Counted from the first letter of the stretch, positions 10,478-21,742 are shown. The stretch: 46,320 bases of DNA from Tubiluchus corallicola (GCA_030141605.1 JAQGDQ010002412.1:1-46320); one strand, 5' to 3'. The notes: generated by a model not told the origin, from the sequence alone. Made by a program: numbers and translations.

Positions 10478-10893
10478 ATGTTAGATGATTTTTATTAACA
10501 ATAGATGATATAACTAATTAGGTTAAATGAGCCCGAAATATAGCACAATTTTTTGTAGCTATAAAACCTTTTTCTCTTTTTTATTTGCTTCAAGACAAGT
10601 AAGCAATAGCATTTCTTCCATAAAAGCAGATGAAAACACATTACAAGTGTTTAGTAATAAGTGAAATAAAGAAAGTAGAATTAACACTATTTTTACATGA
10701 AATATATTTTTAATTACAGATCATAAGGCATAGAATCATTTAATTTATGGGACGCTTTCATATGCTGAAACTCAACTTATTTTAACTTGTTATATTTGTT
10801 TTATTGTTTATTTGTTGTTTAATTTGAAACTTAATAACTAAAAGCTACATCTGGCTAACAATGTCTTTCATTATCATTGTTAATGGTAGTTCT

Positions 10894-10901
10894 TAAATTT
10901 G
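10894..10901 (+). promoter_or_regulatory. Bacteroidota -7 promoter element for gmd-fcl
   Basis: TAAATTTG(C), 15 nt before the gmd ATG. Confidence 0.6.
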
Positions 10902-10915
10902 CATCAAAATAGTCA

Positions 10916-11998
10916 ATGAGAAAAAAAGCATTAATTACAGGAGTTACAGGACAAGACGGTTCATTTTTAGCAGAACTTTTATTAGAAAAAGGCTATGAGG
11001 TACATGGAATTATAAGGCGAAGTTCTTCTTTTAACACAGGACGGATAGAGCATTTATACATGGAAAACCTAATCAAAAACCAATATTTAGAGAGTAAAAT
11101 AAAGCTACATTATGGTGATGTTACTGATGCTACATCACTTATTAGAATTATTAATCAAGTGACTCCAGATGAAATATATAACTTAGCAGCACAATCGCAT
11201 GTAAAAGTTTCGTTTGAGCTCCCCGAATATACTGCTGAAACAGATGCAATGGGAACACTTCGTTTATTGGAGGCTATTAGGTTATTAAATATGACCAAGA
11301 AGGTAAAAATTTACCAAGCTTCTACGTCAGAACTTTATGGAAAAGTGCAAGAGGTGCCACAAAAAGAGACGACCCCATTCTATCCACGTTCTCCTTACGG
11401 GGTGGCAAAATTATATGGGTTTTGGATAACAAAAAATTACAGAGAGGCATATAACATATTTGCAGTAAACGGCATTTTGTTTAATCATGAATCAGAACGT
11501 AGGGGAGAGACTTTTGTAAGTAGAAAAATAACATTAGCGGTTGCAAGAATAAAGAAAGGCAAGCAAGAAAAACTCTATTTGGGCAATTTAAATGCAAAAA
11601 GAGATTGGGGATATGCTAAAGACTATGTAGAGTGCATGTGGTTAATGCTTCAACATGACAAGCCAGAGGATTTTGTTATCGCTACAGGGAAGAACTATTC
11701 TGTAAGGTACTTTACAGAATTGGCTTTCAAAGAGATAGGAATAGATTTAAAATGGGAAGGAGAAGGAGAAAAAGAGAGAGGTGTTTGTAAAAAAACAGGC
11801 AATGTATTTGTAGATGTAGAGCCTAAATATTATCGTCCTGCAGAAGTAGAAGAGTTATTAGGTGATCCCTCTAAGGCTAAAAATGTTTTAAACTGGAACC
11901 CTCACAAAACATCGTTTGAAGAGTTAGTTAAAATCATGGTAAAGGCAGACATAGAGTATATAGAAAAAGAAATTTATCTCTCAGAGAGGCGTAATTAA
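10916..11998 (+). CDS. gmd: GDP-mannose 4,6-dehydratase
   Basis: [35 protein letters not shown] and RDWGYA. Confidence 0.98.
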   Translation: MRKKALITGVTGQDGSFLAELLLEKGYEVHGIIRRSSSFNTGRIEHLYMENLIKNQYLESKIKLHYGDVTDATSLIRIINQVTPDEIYNLAAQSHVKVSFELPEYTAETDAMGTLRLLEAIRLLNMTKKVKIYQASTSELYGKVQEVPQKETTPFYPRSPYGVAKLYGFWITKNYREAYNIFAVNGILFNHESERRGETFVSRKITLAVARIKKGKQEKLYLGNLNAKRDWGYAKDYVECMWLMLQHDKPEDFVIATGKNYSVRYFTELAFKEIGIDLKWEGEGEKERGVCKKTGNVFVDVEPKYYRPAEVEELLGDPSKAKNVLNWNPHKTSFEELVKIMVKADIEYIEKEIYLSERRN

Positions 11999-12007
11999 GT
12001 TGACAAC

Positions 12008-12952
12008 ATGGATAAAACGGCTAAAATATATATTGCGGGGCATAATGGCATGGTGGGGTCTGCTCTTGTAAGGAAATTACGAGAAAAAGGATTTGATAAT
12101 ATCATTACTTGTTCTTTTTCTAAATTAAACTTATGTCGTCAAGTAGAAGTAGAAACATTTTTTGAACAAGAAAAACCAGAATATGTGTTTTTAGCAGCTG
12201 CCAAAGTGGGAGGAATTTATGCAAACAATACATATCCAGCTGAGTTTTTGTATGATAACCTGATGATAGAAAGCAATATTATTCATGCCTCACATCTTCA
12301 TAAAGTAAAGAAATTGTTGTTTTTGGGAAGTTCTTGTATCTATCCAAAATTTGCTCCACAACCTATAAAAGAGGAATACTTATTGCGTGGTTATTTAGAG
12401 CCAACCAATGAAGCTTATGCTGTTGCTAAAATAGCAGGCATAGAACTCACAAGGTTTTATAGAAAGCAATATGGTTCTAATTTTATTTCAGCCATGCCTA
12501 CAAACCTCTATGGGATTAATGATAATTTTGATTTGCAGACCTCTCATGTGTTGCCTGCATTGATACGAAAATTTCATGAAGCAAAAACAAATAAGCACGA
12601 AAAAGTAGTAATATGGGGTACAGGAGAGCCAAGAAGAGAATTTCTGTATGTGGATGATTTGGCTGATGCGTGTGTATTTTTAATGCAAAGATACAATGAT
12701 GAACAACACATTAATGTAGGAACAGGAGAAGATATAAAAATTATAGATTTGGCACGTATTGTCAAAGAAGTGGTTGGTTTTGAAGGGGATATAGTTAATG
12801 ACAAGTCTAAACCAGATGGAACGCCTAGAAAACTCTTGGATGTAAGTAAATTGACAAAGTTAGGTTGGAAGTACCATACAAGTTTGCTACAAGGCATACA
12901 ACAAACCTATAATGAATACATAAAACAAGAGAGGGTAAAAAATTCTTTATAA
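12008..12952 (+). CDS. fcl: GDP-L-fucose synthase
   Basis: AGHNGMVGSA, AAAKVGGI, LGSSCIYPK, EPTNEAYAVAKIAG, SHVLPAL and DGTPRKLLD. Confidence 0.97.
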   Translation: MDKTAKIYIAGHNGMVGSALVRKLREKGFDNIITCSFSKLNLCRQVEVETFFEQEKPEYVFLAAAKVGGIYANNTYPAEFLYDNLMIESNIIHASHLHKVKKLLFLGSSCIYPKFAPQPIKEEYLLRGYLEPTNEAYAVAKIAGIELTRFYRKQYGSNFISAMPTNLYGINDNFDLQTSHVLPALIRKFHEAKTNKHEKVVIWGTGEPRREFLYVDDLADACVFLMQRYNDEQHINVGTGEDIKIIDLARIVKEVVGFEGDIVNDKSKPDGTPRKLLDVSKLTKLGWKYHTSLLQGIQQTYNEYIKQERVKNSL

Positions 12953-12985
12953 CTTATAATCTACAAATTTTCACTTCATATACCT

Positions 12986-13930
12986 ATGAATAAAGTAAAG
13001 CAATTATTTAGTATAGAATATCCTATTATACAGGGAGGTATGGTATGGTGCAGTGGTTGGGAATTGGCTTCGGCAGTAAGTAATGCAGGAGGGTTAGGTT
13101 TAATAGGGGCTGGATCTATGCACCCTGACACCTTGCAACTTCACATACAAAAATGTAAGAATGCAACATCGAAACCCTTTGGAGTAAATGTGCCTTTGTT
13201 ATATCCTGAGATAGAAACTATTATGAATGTTATTATTCGTGAAGGAGTAAAAATTGTTTTTACGTCAGCAGGAAACCCTAAGACATGGGTTTCAACCTTA
13301 CAACAAGAGGGTATTAAGGTTGCTCATGTTGTCTCAAACCTTAAATTTGCAAAGAAATGTGAGGAGGCAAAAGTAGATGCGGTGGTAGTAGAAGGAACGG
13401 AGGCAGGAGGACACAATGGGAGAGAGGGGCTAACTACTTTTTGTCTCATTCCATTAATACGTAACCATGTATCTATACCGCTTATTGCAGCAGGAGGAAT
13501 TGCTTCTGGCAGAGCAATGTTGGGAGCTATGGCGTTGGGAGCTGATGGGATTCAAGTGGGGACACGCTTTGCAGTAAGCGAAGAGTCGTCTGCTCATGTT
13601 AACTTCAAAAATTATGTGATTAACTCAACAGAAGGAGACACTGATTTGGTGATGAAGAAATTAGTTCCAACGAGATTGCTAAAAAATGAGTTTTATAAAA
13701 AAATTGAAATGGCTGAAAGTAGGGGAGAGTCAACGGAAAACATCAAGCTTTTATTAGGTAAAGGAAGAGCAAAAAAAGGCATATTTGAAGGTGATATTAT
13801 TGAAGGGGAATTAGAAATAGGCCAAGTAGCAGCTTATATTGATAGGGTGAAACCTGCAGCGAGCATTATAAAAGAAATATGGGAGGAGTTTGCCACATCA
13901 AAACAACAGCTTTTAATGGAAGAAATATAG
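12986..13930 (+). CDS. Nitronate monooxygenase / FabK-like flavin oxidoreductase
   Basis: YPIIQGGM, EGTEAGGH, AAGGIASG and GIQVGTRF. Confidence 0.9.
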   Translation: MNKVKQLFSIEYPIIQGGMVWCSGWELASAVSNAGGLGLIGAGSMHPDTLQLHIQKCKNATSKPFGVNVPLLYPEIETIMNVIIREGVKIVFTSAGNPKTWVSTLQQEGIKVAHVVSNLKFAKKCEEAKVDAVVVEGTEAGGHNGREGLTTFCLIPLIRNHVSIPLIAAGGIASGRAMLGAMALGADGIQVGTRFAVSEESSAHVNFKNYVINSTEGDTDLVMKKLVPTRLLKNEFYKKIEMAESRGESTENIKLLLGKGRAKKGIFEGDIIEGELEIGQVAAYIDRVKPAASIIKEIWEEFATSKQQLLMEEI

Positions 13931-13937
13931 CACAGAT

Positions 13938-14495
13938 ATGAAAAGGGGAAGAAACTTACTATACAAAGTCATCAAACCATTTGCACTGCTGATACTTATT
14001 AATATTGTTTTTTTTTACATATTGAAACTTCATACGGAACTTGTAACGCCCCGAGATACAGTGCAATATAAAAATGGAGACTTTGTCCTTGACCTTACAT
14101 ATCACCGACCATCATTAAAAAAAGATGAACAGATATTTGGAGTTGATATACACTATGGAAAAATTTGGAGCCCTGGAAATAATAAAGTTACAGAAATTAA
14201 TTTTAACCAAGATATCCAAATTTTAAATAAAACCTTACAAGCTGGAAAGTACAGCCTCTACCTTATACCACAAGCGGATATTTGGACTGTGATTTTTAAC
14301 CACCAAACAGGGCAGTGGAACACAATATACAAACAAAAATTGGACGCCATAAGGGTTTATATCCCTGTGAAAAAGCTAAGAAAACATGTTCCTGTACTTA
14401 TAATTAATGTAAAAGAAGCCTATCACAATTACCAGCAAATATTAGAGGTGAAATGGGAAAATGTTAGCATTGAAATACCATTTACAATTGGATAA
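13938..14495 (+). CDS. DUF2911 domain protein
   Basis: YHRPS...IFG...YGKIW, AGKYSLYLIP...WTVIFN and WEN motifs; N-terminal hydrophobic segment. Confidence 0.8.
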   Translation: MKRGRNLLYKVIKPFALLILINIVFFYILKLHTELVTPRDTVQYKNGDFVLDLTYHRPSLKKDEQIFGVDIHYGKIWSPGNNKVTEINFNQDIQILNKTLQAGKYSLYLIPQADIWTVIFNHQTGQWNTIYKQKLDAIRVYIPVKKLRKHVPVLIINVKEAYHNYQQILEVKWENVSIEIPFTIG

Positions 14496-14542
14496 TAACA
14501 ACAAAAGTTTTGTTCTTGTTACAGATATGTTAGGGAAGGGGA

Positions 14543-15107
14543 TTAGTTATTGATAAATTTTTTTATTATACTTTCTGCTTGATTTAAACATGTTTCGATG
14601 TTGTCATTAATAAGCACTATATCAAATTGGTCTTCAAACTCCATTTCATATTTAGCTTTGCTTATTCTCTTTTCCATAGATGATGATTCTTCTGTATTTC
14701 TATTTCTTAACCTTTGTTCAAGTATTTGCAATGATGGTGGTTTTATAAAAATAGAGAGGGCTTTTTGTTTAAAATATTTTTTCAAATTCACTCCCCCAAC
14801 AACATCAACATCAAAAATAACATGTTGTTTATTGTCCCAAATACGCCCTATTTCGGCTTTAAGAGTACCATATAAAGTTCCATTATAGACCTCTTCCCAC
14901 TCTATAAATTCGCCTTTCTCTATTTTTTCTTTGAATTTTTCTTTTGACATAAAAATGTAATCTACTCTATTTTCTTCATTTACACGTTTTGAACGTGTTG
15001 TAGCAGAAATGGAAAATATTATTTGAGGAATTTTTTTAATATATATTTTACAATAGTAGTTTTTCCTGCTCCAGACGGTGCTGAAAATATTATAGCTTTT
15101 GAGACAT
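14543..15107 (-). CDS. gmk: Guanylate kinase (two apparent 1-nt deletions, near 15097-15100 and 15030)
   Basis: Reconstructed N-terminus MSQKAIIFSAPSGAGKTTIV...FSISATTRSKR joins the ORF carrying EFIEWEEVYNGTLYGT and DVDVVGG. Confidence 0.93.
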
Positions 15108-15110
15108 ATA

Positions 15111-15713
15111 TTACAATTTTAATATTTGTTGATGGATGTGCAAAACTTGTTGTATCACTGATTTTTCTTCGTTATTGTATATTAAGTAGTCAGCTAATTT
15201 TTTTTTCTCTTTTTGAGGTAATTGGACGCTCATAATGCGTTGCACTTGTTCTTTACTCTTGTTTTTATCCCTCTCTAACACTCTTTTCATTCTTACTTCA
15301 TCATCAGCCACCACTACAATGATTTTATCTAATGACTTGTGCAGATTAGCTTCAAAAATTAAAGCCGCTTCTTTAATAGTGTAGGGCGTGTTTTTTTGTA
15401 CAGAGTGCCATCTTTCATACTCTTCATGTATTGCTGGATGCACTATAGAGTTTAGCGTATGCAATTTTTTTTCATTGTTGAATATTTGGCTTGACAATAG
15501 TGTTGTGTTCAACACTCCTTGGTTGCTATATGCGTTTTCTCCAAATATTTTAACGATTTGATGCTTTATTTTTTTGTTGTACATCATTAATTGCTTTGCA
15601 CGTTCATCAGAGTGATATACTGGAATATTTAAAATACTAAAAATTTTGCAGACTAATGTTTTTCCTGCTCCTATTCCTCCTGTAACGCCAATTTTTTTAG
15701 AGGATCTCCACAT
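15111..15713 (-). CDS. coaE: Dephospho-CoA kinase
   Basis: GVTGGIGAGKT, LNSIVHP, EAALIFE and RVLERD. Confidence 0.96.
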   Translation of the reverse strand: MWRSSKKIGVTGGIGAGKTLVCKIFSILNIPVYHSDERAKQLMMYNKKIKHQIVKIFGENAYSNQGVLNTTLLSSQIFNNEKKLHTLNSIVHPAIHEEYERWHSVQKNTPYTIKEAALIFEANLHKSLDKIIVVVADDEVRMKRVLERDKNKSKEQVQRIMSVQLPQKEKKKLADYLIYNNEEKSVIQQVLHIHQQILKL

Positions 15714-16707
15714 CTTTTTGTTGTGAAAGCAGCTTTATTTTATCATTAGATAATCTCAGCTTTTTGATGTATGTAGGATATTTTTCTAAATTTATCTCCA
15801 TTGTGGAGTCTTTGGATAATAGATCGTAATCTGCCACTAATGTAAAATCTTCTATGGAGGGCTCTACATATACCTCGCTGTCATTTCTTATTTTAAAAGT
15901 AGCATCTATTCTTTTTTCGCTAAGAGTTGCATATACTCCGTTGGGAACATTGATTAATGTTATAGGCAAAGATAGTGTTATTGTAGAATAAGGAATAGGT
16001 CGGACATAAAAAGAGATTTGTACTTTTTCTGGTATGGTGGTAATGTATTTAGGCAATAACTCCTTTAAAGCTATGGTAGTGTCTACATCGCTATTAATGT
16101 TTTTGCTTAGTGACAAATTTATTTTATAGGTATGATTTTTTTTTGAGACTTGCTCTTCTGGTCCTATAAATATAACGCTGTCGGGAGTATAGTTGATTCG
16201 TGAGACAACCTCATATTCTTCAGATGTACTTATCTCGGAAGTTGGGGTGAATATTTTTAATTTTTTTTTAGTTATTTTGTCAAAATTAAGAAATATACGC
16301 TCAGAATCTGGGGCGTATTCTATAAATATATCTTTCATATTAGGATATAAGAGTGTGCGTAATTCATTAACGGACATAAAACTTTTTTTAGGAGTTGTTA
16401 TGTTTATTAATGCAGGCGAGTGCCCTTGCCATAAGTATCCTTTTAATAGAGACCACCCATTGCCCTGCACGTTAATCAGGAGATTTTTTGGGATGGTGTC
16501 AATTTGTATTAAACTATCTGTGTTGTATTTTGCTTCTATTTTAACATGAACTTGGGTTGAATAATTTTTGTTCAAAATATTAAATAACCAAAACAAACAC
16601 GCTGTTAAAAAGCACATTAAAGTGATTTTCCACTCTTGCCTTTTTATTAAAGGCAAGAGGAGTTTTTTTAATGTATATTTTTTTTGTCTAAATATATTTT
16701 TTGCCAT
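15697..16707 (-). CDS. YbbR-like domain protein
   Basis: N-terminal TM (FWLFNILNKNY) and PDSVIFIGP. Occupies the conserved slot between yajC and coaE. Confidence 0.75.
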   Translation of the reverse strand: MAKNIFRQKKYTLKKLLLPLIKRQEWKITLMCFLTACLFWLFNILNKNYSTQVHVKIEAKYNTDSLIQIDTIPKNLLINVQGNGWSLLKGYLWQGHSPALINITTPKKSFMSVNELRTLLYPNMKDIFIEYAPDSERIFLNFDKITKKKLKIFTPTSEISTSEEYEVVSRINYTPDSVIFIGPEEQVSKKNHTYKINLSLSKNINSDVDTTIALKELLPKYITTIPEKVQISFYVRPIPYSTITLSLPITLINVPNGVYATLSEKRIDATFKIRNDSEVYVEPSIEDFTLVADYDLLSKDSTMEINLEKYPTYIKKLRLSNDKIKLLSQQKDVEIL

Positions 16708-16735
16708 GAAAGCCTAGCAAAGAGATATTATATTA

Positions 16736-17041
16736 TTATTGTTTAGTACTATTTTCGTAGGATATAGCTGATTTTTCTACCTTTAATTTGCCTCCTTTTT
16801 CTGTTTCTATTATTACAGTGTTATTGTCTATAGAGAAGACCTCTCCATGTACTCCTCCAATTGTTATTACTTTATTTCCTTTTTTTAGGTTTTCAACGAA
16901 ATTTTTATGTTTTTTTCGTTTAATCTGTTGAGGTCTTAGCATAAAAAAGTAAAATACTAAAACTAAAATACCTAACATAATAAAAGGAGATGAAAAAAGC
17001 CCTCCTTCTGGTGTTGAATTTAATAGTATGAATGTTGTCAT
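16736..17041 (-). CDS. yajC: Preprotein translocase subunit YajC
   Basis: FYFFMLRPQQ and LKKGNKVITIGGVHG. Confidence 0.96.
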   Translation of the reverse strand: MTTFILLNSTPEGGLFSSPFIMLGILVLVFYFFMLRPQQIKRKKHKNFVENLKKGNKVITIGGVHGEVFSIDNNTVIIETEKGGKLKVEKSAISYENSTKQ

Positions 17042-17084
17042 TTTTTTAAATTAATTACTGTTCCTGAAATTTTAACTTATATGA

Positions 17085-17393
17085 TTATTTTTCTTTTTTT
17101 ATTTTATTCATAAAGTTGTCTACATCATTAAGTAACTTTTCTGCTTTTGCTTTAGTGGATGCGATTACTTTTTTTCCGTCAACTTTTGCTTTTGTAGGAT
17201 TAATATCTGCTTCTTTTTCTTTGTTGGATAATTCATTGATAAGACATAGTAGCTTTTTATGATATTTCTGTAGCAAGAAGGTAAGTTTGTTTCTTGTGTT
17301 TTTACCTGTGTCAGGAGCGAATAAAATACCTATTATTGCTCCCAATGCTGCTCCTGAAACAAATGCGTTGAAAATATTTTTTGATTTACTCAT
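17085..17393 (-). CDS. YtxH domain protein
   Basis: GAALGAIIGILFAPDTGKNTR motif. Confidence 0.9.
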   Translation of the reverse strand: MSKSKNIFNAFVSGAALGAIIGILFAPDTGKNTRNKLTFLLQKYHKKLLCLINELSNKEKEADINPTKAKVDGKKVIASTKAKAEKLLNDVDNFMNKIKKEK

Positions 17394-18560
17394 GACTTAT
17401 GTTATTTTTTATTAATCCTTGGCCTGTTTTTATTATTACTTTTTCTTTAATTAATAGCTTAGAAATAGCATCCAACATTCCATTTATGAATATGGAGCTT
17501 TTTGGAGTGCTGTACCTTTTGGCTATCTCTATGTATTCGTTCAATGAAACCTTTATAGGTATTTCGTTGAAAGTCATCATTTCACTTAGTGCTACTTTTA
17601 TAATTATTCCATCCATCACAGCCATTCTAGCGGTTGTCCATTTTTTTAAAAACTTGCTTATTAGTTCTTCAAAATAGTTACTTTTCTCAACGGCATTTGA
17701 ATATAACGATATTAAAAATTCCTTCTGTTACCTCTTCCTTCTTTCATTGAGGAAAAGTCAATGCTTTTTTCTGGATCGCTTACTCTATCAAGCATTTGTA
17801 ATAAAGCTTTTCGTATAATATAGCTATTCTCCTGCCAATTTATATCTTTTTCGTCAAAAAAACTACTTATTGCATTATTTTTTAAAATAATTTTATCTAT
17901 TGTGTGCCTTACAAGCTCCCAATCTTGCTTATATGTGTTTTGTTCTTTCTTTTTATACTTTTGTATAAAAGCGTTTTTGTACAAGAGTGTTTTAGTCCAT
18001 TTATCTATTAAGTCAATTTTATTGTTCCACATGCTATGAGCTGTATTTTTGACTTTAAACTCTTCTGAGTTTTTTATTTTTTCTAGTACCTTATTATTTG
18101 TAAAAATAGGTTTGGCAATCAACCAATTTCCTAACGCAATGGAGATTTTGTTTTTTTCTTCTACAATAATTTCGTCTTGATGTGCAAGTGCAAATACTAA
18201 TTGTATGACTTCCCATGCTTTGTCAGAAAGTGTTTGTTGGTCTTTTTTTAAAAATTGTAGTGTTTGATTTGAGTCTCTTTTATTGTTTTTTTTGTATTGA
18301 TTAACCACGTTGTATATAAAATTAGTGGTTTCTATGGGTATGGTGCTGCTATGTGTAGTTAAATTGCTTTGCTCTGTTTTAATTAGGTGGTTAAAAAAAA
18401 TCATCTCTTTGCTTTGAGCATCTGCAACATCTATTTCAAAGGGATTTTCTTTAACCTCAGAGAGCTGTTTGCATGCTAGTTCATAATTGGCTTTTTTGCA
18501 ATGCTCAAAGGCATATAATCCCTTAATTACTTTAACTCTTGTAAACCTTTTATTTTGCAT
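17386..18560 (-). CDS. nusB: Transcription antitermination factor NusB, Bacteroidota long form (frameshift near 17715)
   Basis: N-terminal RFTRVKVIKGLYAF; C-terminal IPIKVSLNEYIEIAKRYSTPKSSIFINGMLD. The two frames are joined by one added base. Confidence 0.9.
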
Positions 18561-18606
18561 AAGGCAATTTTAATGAACGCTTAATAGATTTTGTAGAAAG
18601 CTTTTG

Positions 18607-18614
18607 CAAAGGTA
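18607..18614 (-). promoter_or_regulatory. Bacteroidota -7 promoter element for the nusB operon
   Basis: TACCTTTG(C) on the minus strand upstream of nusB. Confidence 0.6.
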
Positions 18615-18642
18615 ATAAATTTGAAAAGAAAGATGAGCGTTT

Positions 18643-18882
18643 TTATTTTTTATTGTTTTGTTTTTTATTATTCTCTTCTGTGTTGTTATCTTTCTCTAGC
18701 TCTGTTAATATTTCATTTACTTCGTTTTCTGTAACTTGCAATTTTTGCTGGCAAAACTTGATGAGTTTGGCAGCGGTTTTAATCTCTTTTGACAATTCAT
18801 CTAATGAAATATCTTCATTTTCTAATTTATCAATTATTGCTTCAAGTTGCTGCGTAGCGTTAGAATAGGAGACAGTATTCAT
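18643..18882 (-). CDS. xseB: Exodeoxyribonuclease VII small subunit
   Basis: SYSNATQQLEAIIDKLENEDISLDEL...LIKFCQQKL. Confidence 0.92.
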   Translation of the reverse strand: MNTVSYSNATQQLEAIIDKLENEDISLDELSKEIKTAAKLIKFCQQKLQVTENEVNEILTELEKDNNTEENNKKQNNKK

Positions 18883-18924
18883 ATTTTTTGAGAGTAAATA
18901 AAATCACTATACGAAGATGAGAAA

Positions 18925-18965
18925 AAGAAAAGTAATAAGCTATTGCCTTTCAAAGGCAATAGCTT
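18925..18965 (-). terminator. Intrinsic terminator downstream of the skp pair
   Basis: Perfect stem AAGCTATTGCCT/AGGCAATAGCTT (18937-18965), followed on the minus strand by ATTACTTTTCTTTTT. Confidence 0.8.
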
Positions 18966-18993
18966 TGCTTATTATTAGTTTAAATGTTGCTTT

Positions 18994-19551
18994 TTATTTT
19001 GTTGCGCTATCTTCTTGAATTTCAATTCCTAATTTTTTCAAGACTAATTTAGAGATATCGCCTTTTTCGTCTATATACAATAGTACGGGACTTCCTGCTA
19101 TTTCTGAGTTAAATATGTGTGTGTATTTATGTTCTTCTGATACACTTTTAATGGCATCAGATATTCTGTTATTTAGGGGTTGTATAAGATCTATTTGTTT
19201 TTTCTGAAGAGCTATTTGTGCATTTTTCCTAAACTCTTCTATAGAATTATTTAAGACATTAAGTTCGGCTTCTTTATCTGCCCTAATTTCAGGGATCATA
19301 TTATTTGCATTTTGCTGATAATCTGCATATTTTCTTTGAAAATCAGCAATTTTTTCTTCTAATTGCTTAGATAGTATGTCGTTATGGTCTTGTAACTCTG
19401 ACTCTACCTGTTTTAACTCAGGCATAGCTTCCAAAATAAGTTGAATATTAGTATACCCTAATTTTAATTGCTGCGCTTGTAGTGAAAAGGCACAACAAAT
19501 CATTAACGATGTTAAGATTATTGAAACTACTCTTTTTTTCATTTTTTTCAT
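18994..19551 (-). CDS. skp: OmpH/Skp periplasmic chaperone (copy 2)
   Basis: Signal peptide, KLGYTNIQLILEAMPE, coiled coil and DISKLVLKKLG. Confidence 0.92.
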   Translation of the reverse strand: MKKMKKRVVSIILTSLMICCAFSLQAQQLKLGYTNIQLILEAMPELKQVESELQDHNDILSKQLEEKIADFQRKYADYQQNANNMIPEIRADKEAELNVLNNSIEEFRKNAQIALQKKQIDLIQPLNNRISDAIKSVSEEHKYTHIFNSEIAGSPVLLYIDEKGDISKLVLKKLGIEIQEDSATK

Positions 19552-19557
19552 TTTGTT

Positions 19558-20112
19558 TTATGGTTCTACATTTTCTTCTAATAATTCTTCATTACCTTGC
19601 TTTATTTCCAACTCTTCAAGAACAAAGTCGCTATAGTCATGTCGAGGATCTGTGTAAATCATTACAATGTCGCTTGCCTTATCAAAAACAATTTGAAGCC
19701 TTTTTTGCTTTGCTACTTTTTCTACGGAAGCAAACACTTTATCTTGAACAAACTTCATTAGTTCTTCTTTTTTAAGGAAATAAAGCCCATTAATACCAAA
19801 AATTTTTGTATTAAATTCTGCTGCTGCTTTTTCTTTATCTTTTATTTCTTGCATGCGCTCTTCATACATGTCTTCCGTAAGAAGGATCTTTTCGCTATTC
19901 AACTTATTATACATAGCGTCTATTTCTACGTATAATGTTTTCACTTGTCCTTCCCACGTTATTGCAAGTTGTTCTATCATTTGTTGTGCCTCTACATATT
20001 CAGGCATTTGCCTCAAGATATATTCAGAATCTATATATCCGAATTTTTGCGATAGCGCAACAGGAACAAAAACGCACATGCAAAAAAATAACGCAAGAGC
20101 TTGTTTTTGCAT
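19558..20112 (-). CDS. skp: OmpH/Skp periplasmic chaperone (copy 1)
   Basis: QKFGYIDSEYILRQMPEY...IVFDKASD...DYSDFVLEEL. ATG at 20112 gives a clean signal peptide. Confidence 0.92.
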   Translation of the reverse strand: MQKQALALFFCMCVFVPVALSQKFGYIDSEYILRQMPEYVEAQQMIEQLAITWEGQVKTLYVEIDAMYNKLNSEKILLTEDMYEERMQEIKDKEKAAAEFNTKIFGINGLYFLKKEELMKFVQDKVFASVEKVAKQKRLQIVFDKASDIVMIYTDPRHDYSDFVLEELEIKQGNEELLEENVEP

Positions 20113-20284
20113 ACAAATATTTTTAATTAATTTTTTATGCTTTATTCTTTTTTCTATCACAAAAACAAAATAGAGAAGAATAATTAATGCAATTTTAATT
20201 ATATTTTTTTATAAACCAAAGAAAACACATTAATTTTTTTAGTTGGTGTTTGCATATTTTCTAATAAAAAACCTCTATGGTGGG

Positions 20285-21722
20285 CTAAGTAAAAAAGTTT
20301 TGATTAAAATTTAGGAGAAACACTTTCTTTTTGGCACGGGTGATGGCTGTATATAGCCATCTTATAAAGTCTTTATTGAGTGATATTTTTTGTATATTTC
20401 CTACGTCAACAAAAACGGTGTCCCATTGTCCTCCTTGGGCTTTATGGCAGGTGAGAGAATAGGCATATTTTACTTGTAAAGCGTTGAAATATTCATTTTC
20501 TTGATAAATATCTTTTATGTTTTGTGGTGTGTTGTCCATTTCACTGTCATCAAGAATGGCTTGATATAGTTTTTTTATTTCATTTTCAGATAGTGCAGGG
20601 GTGTTGCTATGTAATACGGCCTAAAATCACATTAGCAGTAAACGGCATTACTTCTGGGTTGTCTATTAGTTGAAGTTCCAAAGTAGCAAACCGAAACCCA
20701 TATTTTTCTTCTGTGGCTATTATTTTTGTTACTTCAACGAAGTCACCATTGGCAATAAACCCTGAGGGCTGATCGTCAAAAACAGAATAAAAATAGTTGT
20801 TTTTTACTACCATAAGAATGTCGCCCGGCTCTATTTCATTTTCATAAAAAAACATATGATTTCTTATAAGTTTGTTGTATTGCACGGCTTGCCAGTTTGC
20901 TCTACAAATAATTGTAGTGTTTGTAATGCCCTCATTGTCATATGCTTCTTTTATTTTTTCTCCTAATTCATTTTGTTGCAGAGAGAATATGTCTTGATAT
21001 TTACTAGTTTGAAAACAGATTTTAGGTTTTAGGACTGATAACTGCACTCTTAGATTGGTGGCGTTGGCAAGTATTCCAGACGTTTTTGCTTGCCTTAGCA
21101 CTTCTGTTAATTCAATGGAAGTTATGTTTAATTGGTATTTTTTTTGAAGGTATATTTTGTTAACTCCAGGCGAGTTGACATTATTTACAGGGGGGAGTTG
21201 TGCGCTGTCTCCTATTAATAATAGTTTGTTAGTTTGGCTCTCAAAGACATACTTTATTAAATCTTTTAGTAGGGTATGTTTGCCTAGCTCTGCTTTGTCT
21301 GATAGCATGGATGCTTCATCTACAATAAAAACTGTATTCTGATGATAGTTTTTAGACCTTTTAAAATTATATTGTGTGGGTGCTTCTATGCTTGATTCAT
21401 AAATTTTTTTGTGAATGGTAAATGCTGTCCGCTTTGTATAGGAAGTTATTACTTTTGCCGCTCTTCCTGTGGGGGCTAAGAGGACAAACTTATAGTTTAA
21501 CATTGGCAAAGTTTGAATAAGTGCCATAATGATAGAGGTTTTTCCTGTTCCCGCATATCCTTTGATTAGCAATGTGTTTTTGTCTTGTTTATCGTTGATA
21601 AAAACATCTATCAATGCAAATAGTTTGCGCTGTTCGTGAGTAGGAGTGTATGGAAAGTGTTTTTCTAATGTATTTGATATTTTTATTGATTGTAACAAAT
21701 TAGTTGTTTTTTTATTTTTCAC
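20285..21722 (-). CDS. ATP-dependent RecD-like SF1B DNA helicase (frameshift near 20620)
   Basis: GYAGTGKT, LAPTGRAA, VDEASM, GDSAQLPPV and EVLRQA. The C-terminal piece has YSLTCHKAQGGQW and WLYTAITRA. Confidence 0.9.
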
Positions 21723-21742
21723 GAAAAAGTATCATATAAAAA

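Noticed and set aside
10478-10855. Possible ncRNA or riboswitch in long intergenic gaps (also 43259-43550)
   Set aside because: Very AT-rich with no recognisable conserved RNA motif by eye; an Rfam scan would be needed to exclude it.
14543-18560. gmk and nusB as true pseudogenes
   Set aside because: Core genes with intact motifs on both sides of single-base indels; sequencing error is more parsimonious.
18994-20112. Tandem skp duplication as a novelty
   Set aside because: Two adjacent OmpH/Skp genes are common in Bacteroidota.
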